This document shows, one piece after another, positions 32,008 through 32,305 of a DNA stretch of 32,305 nucleotides. The position numbers were made by a program, and so were the translations under genes. The stretch is from the IMG/VR virus record IMGVR_UViG_3300001354_000016, positions 1 to 32,305 of that record; one strand, given 5' to 3'. Numbering within the stretch: the first letter of the stretch is position 1; the number at the start of each line of letters is the position of its first letter. A model generated the notes under the pieces. The model saw only the letters and a list, made by a program, of their open reading frames with translations. It did no database searches and had not been told where the DNA came from. Source of the DNA: a virus (taxonomy: Duplodnaviria > Caudoviricetes).

Positions 32008-32305
32008 CTTTTGAGTCAGATTTAATTAAGGAATCATTAGCAGCAGCGTTTGTTAAGATATCTTCTAATATTTCTGCGGCATAATCTTGTAGTTCAATAT
32101 TGTCTTCATCAGCACTACTATCAGGTGATGATACTACAAAAAAATCAAAATGTAAATACTCTTCCACGAATTTAAGTTTACCAAACCTAATTACTGTTTC
32201 CGGAAAAATACCTTTTAGGATTCTAACATCCCAAGACATTTCATTTTCAGAATTAGAAGGAGTTAGTTCATAATGTATACCCTCACAAACTTTTTCTAAA
32301 TTCAT
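32000..32305 (-). CDS. Hypothetical protein in the T4 gp40 position
   Basis: Acidic 101 aa ORF immediately upstream of the helicase; assignment by position only; start lies at the window edge. Confidence 0.55.
   Translation of the reverse strand: MNLEKVCEGIHYELTPSNSENEMSWDVRILKGIFPETVIRFGKLKFVEEYLHFDFFVVSSPDSSADEDNIELQDYAAEILEDILTNAAANDSLIKSDSKDD

Noticed and set aside
1-32305. tRNA/ncRNA genes or stop-codon reassignment
   Set aside because: No cloverleaf or T-loop motif seen in the short intergenic gaps; genes are full length in the standard code and use TAA, TGA and TAG as stops.

Overview
This 32.3 kb window is from a large T4-like (myovirus-type) phage genome. It looks like a marine phage with a proteobacterial host; the host is inferred, not shown. 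About 50 genes are present, all on the minus strand and tightly coupled by ATGA/TAATG/TTGA overlaps. Reading in transcription order (right to left): (1) gp41-type helicase and a SleB-type cell-wall hydrolase. (2) A coupled cluster of TagD-like cytidylyltransferase, TET/JBP-family dioxygenase, GalE, a T4 beta-glucosyltransferase homologue and UDP-galactopyranose mutase. This is the best candidate for a new system: post-replicative DNA hypermodification with galactofuranose. (3) A stand-alone DUF262+HNH (GmrSD-like) nuclease cassette. (4) DUF3310, two AsaB/CmcJ-like oxygenases, a Dam-type methylase, peroxiredoxin, a 2OG-Fe(II) oxygenase and a cupin. (5) An early region with repeated sigma70-like promoters, each with an IHF-like box at a fixed distance; it contains a di-haem cytochrome c peroxidase lipoprotein and DUF932. 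(6) A GT9-like glycosyltransferase, an unannotated Bfd-like ferredoxin and a PD-(D/E)xK nuclease. (7) A late block under TATAAATA promoters encoding proteins with T4 capsid-targeting-like N-termini, including a ligase-fold enzyme and a HIGH-type nucleotidyltransferase. I saw no tRNA, rRNA, CRISPR array or transposase. All family calls come from reading motifs by eye, not from database searches.
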